Positions 35,141 to 35,820 of a DNA stretch of 35,820 bases are shown one piece after another. The notes beneath the pieces were generated by a model. That model did no database searches. It saw only the letters and a list, made by a program, of their open reading frames with translations, and was not told the DNA's origin. A program made the translations under genes and the position numbers. The number at the start of each line of letters is the position of its first letter. Position 1 is the stretch's first letter. The stretch is from a phage. The DNA lies in NCBI GenBank assembly GCA_037431425.1, contig GCA_037431425.1_4129.3; one strand, written 5' to 3'.

Positions 35141-35272
35141 ATGAATGGACTAAAGAAGTTTGGTAAAGATTTTCTAAAATGTATACGTTATACATATGAT
35201 GCAAATCCAGAAATGACTGCTATTGTAGGTGTGTTTATTGCACTCGTTGTATTAAGTTTTATTATGGTGTAA
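35141..35272 (+). CDS. Possible 43-aa membrane peptide
   Basis: Not in the track; ATG 35141 with AAGGA SD; C-terminal hydrophobic helix. Confidence 0.35.
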   Translation: MNGLKKFGKDFLKCIRYTYDANPEMTAIVGVFIALVVLSFIMV

Positions 35273-35276
35273 AAAT

Positions 35277-35480
35277 ATGATTGAAATTAATGCTGATATA
35301 TATTGTAGTGCTTTTCCAAATTACTTCATTTATGCATTAAGTACATTTGGTGAAACTGAAGGTGAAACGTTTGTACTAGTAGATAATACTACATGGTATA
35401 AAACAAGTAATAAAATTCCCGAAGATGTATTAAAAACATACACTCGTATTGAAAATAAGAATCTGTACGTGAATTTATAG
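35277..35480 (+). CDS. Hypothetical protein
   Basis: 67-aa ORF in the operon. Confidence 0.45.
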   Translation: MIEINADIYCSAFPNYFIYALSTFGETEGETFVLVDNTTWYKTSNKIPEDVLKTYTRIENKNLYVNL

Positions 35481-35488
35481 GTAATAAT

Positions 35489-35820
35489 ATGATTGAAATG
35501 GAAGGAACTCTGGTGTATGATCCAGATCGTGGCACTATGAAAAAGAAGAAGGACTTCTGGTTAGTACTACAACTTCCGTTACAGTTGGCTAGATACTATC
35601 AGTACTTCATTCGAACTGACTTACATATTGACATTAAAGACCCACAATGGGGGGCACATGTCAGTATCGTTCGTGGTGAAGTGCCACCAAATCCAGAGTA
35701 CTGGAAAAAGTACGATGGTAAAAAAATAAAAATACGATTTAACCCTGATATTGTCCAAGTCAAAGATAAAAAGAATCCAGGTTCGTTCTTCATTATTGAG
35801 TTTGATGATGAATTTATTGG
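35489..35820 (+). CDS. Hypothetical protein, 5' partial (runs off window)
   Basis: Open frame from ATG 35489 to the window end (110 codons); contains an H-x-S-x motif (AHVSIV). Confidence 0.45.
   Translation, partial: MIEMEGTLVYDPDRGTMKKKKDFWLVLQLPLQLARYYQYFIRTDLHIDIKDPQWGAHVSIVRGEVPPNPEYWKKYDGKKIKIRFNPDIVQVKDKKNPGSFFIIEFDDEFI

Noticed and set aside
1972-35793. Minus-strand ORFs overlapping plus-strand genes (1972..2322, 2951..3139, 4530..4796, 5755..5937, 6538..7074, 7172..7381, 8937..9230, 9497..9679, 10048..10245, 10137..10322, 15381..15698, 16062..16328, 16274..16516, 17911..18108, 21221..21403, 23026..23214, 25468..25653, 26110..26361, 26449..26637, 27152..27433, 28497..28682, 28881..29087, 30973..31191, 32553..32741, 33612..33812, 34043..34285, 35599..35793)
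   Set aside because: All are antisense to longer plus-strand ORFs that have SD sites, coupling and recognisable motifs; the whole region from 2027 on is transcribed rightward.

Overview
AT-rich phage DNA with the hallmarks of a T4-like myovirus. Position 2027 onward is almost entirely plus-strand, tightly packed genes (many ATGA/TAATG start-stop overlaps) with Shine-Dalgarno sites, intrinsic terminators, sigma70-like promoters and three exact TATAAATA late-promoter boxes. Recognisable genes by motif: anaerobic ribonucleotide reductase nrdD plus activase nrdG with a GrcA/YfiD-like glycyl-radical protein between them, thymidine kinase, PIN-PhoH fusion, Sir2-family protein next to a Nudix-like hydrolase, HslV-like Ntn hydrolase, secreted ClpP-fold protein, small CDA-fold deaminase, pol-beta-type nucleotidyltransferase, acyl-carrier-protein-like protein, Dps/ferritin-like protein, i-/o-spanin pair, and two endonuclease genes (HNH; zinc-finger + DUF559-like in a very AT-rich insert). 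The left edge carries a minus-strand late gene with tandem Ig-like repeats split across two reading frames. A late operon encodes three paralogous large proteins, followed by an early trio of paralogous small proteins. Most unusual is a ~700-bp GC-enriched non-coding island (29017-29712) with its own promoter, terminator and a 29-nt direct repeat, a candidate structured-RNA locus. No tRNA, rRNA or CRISPR array was found. All calls rest on reading the sequence and ORF translations; no database search was run.
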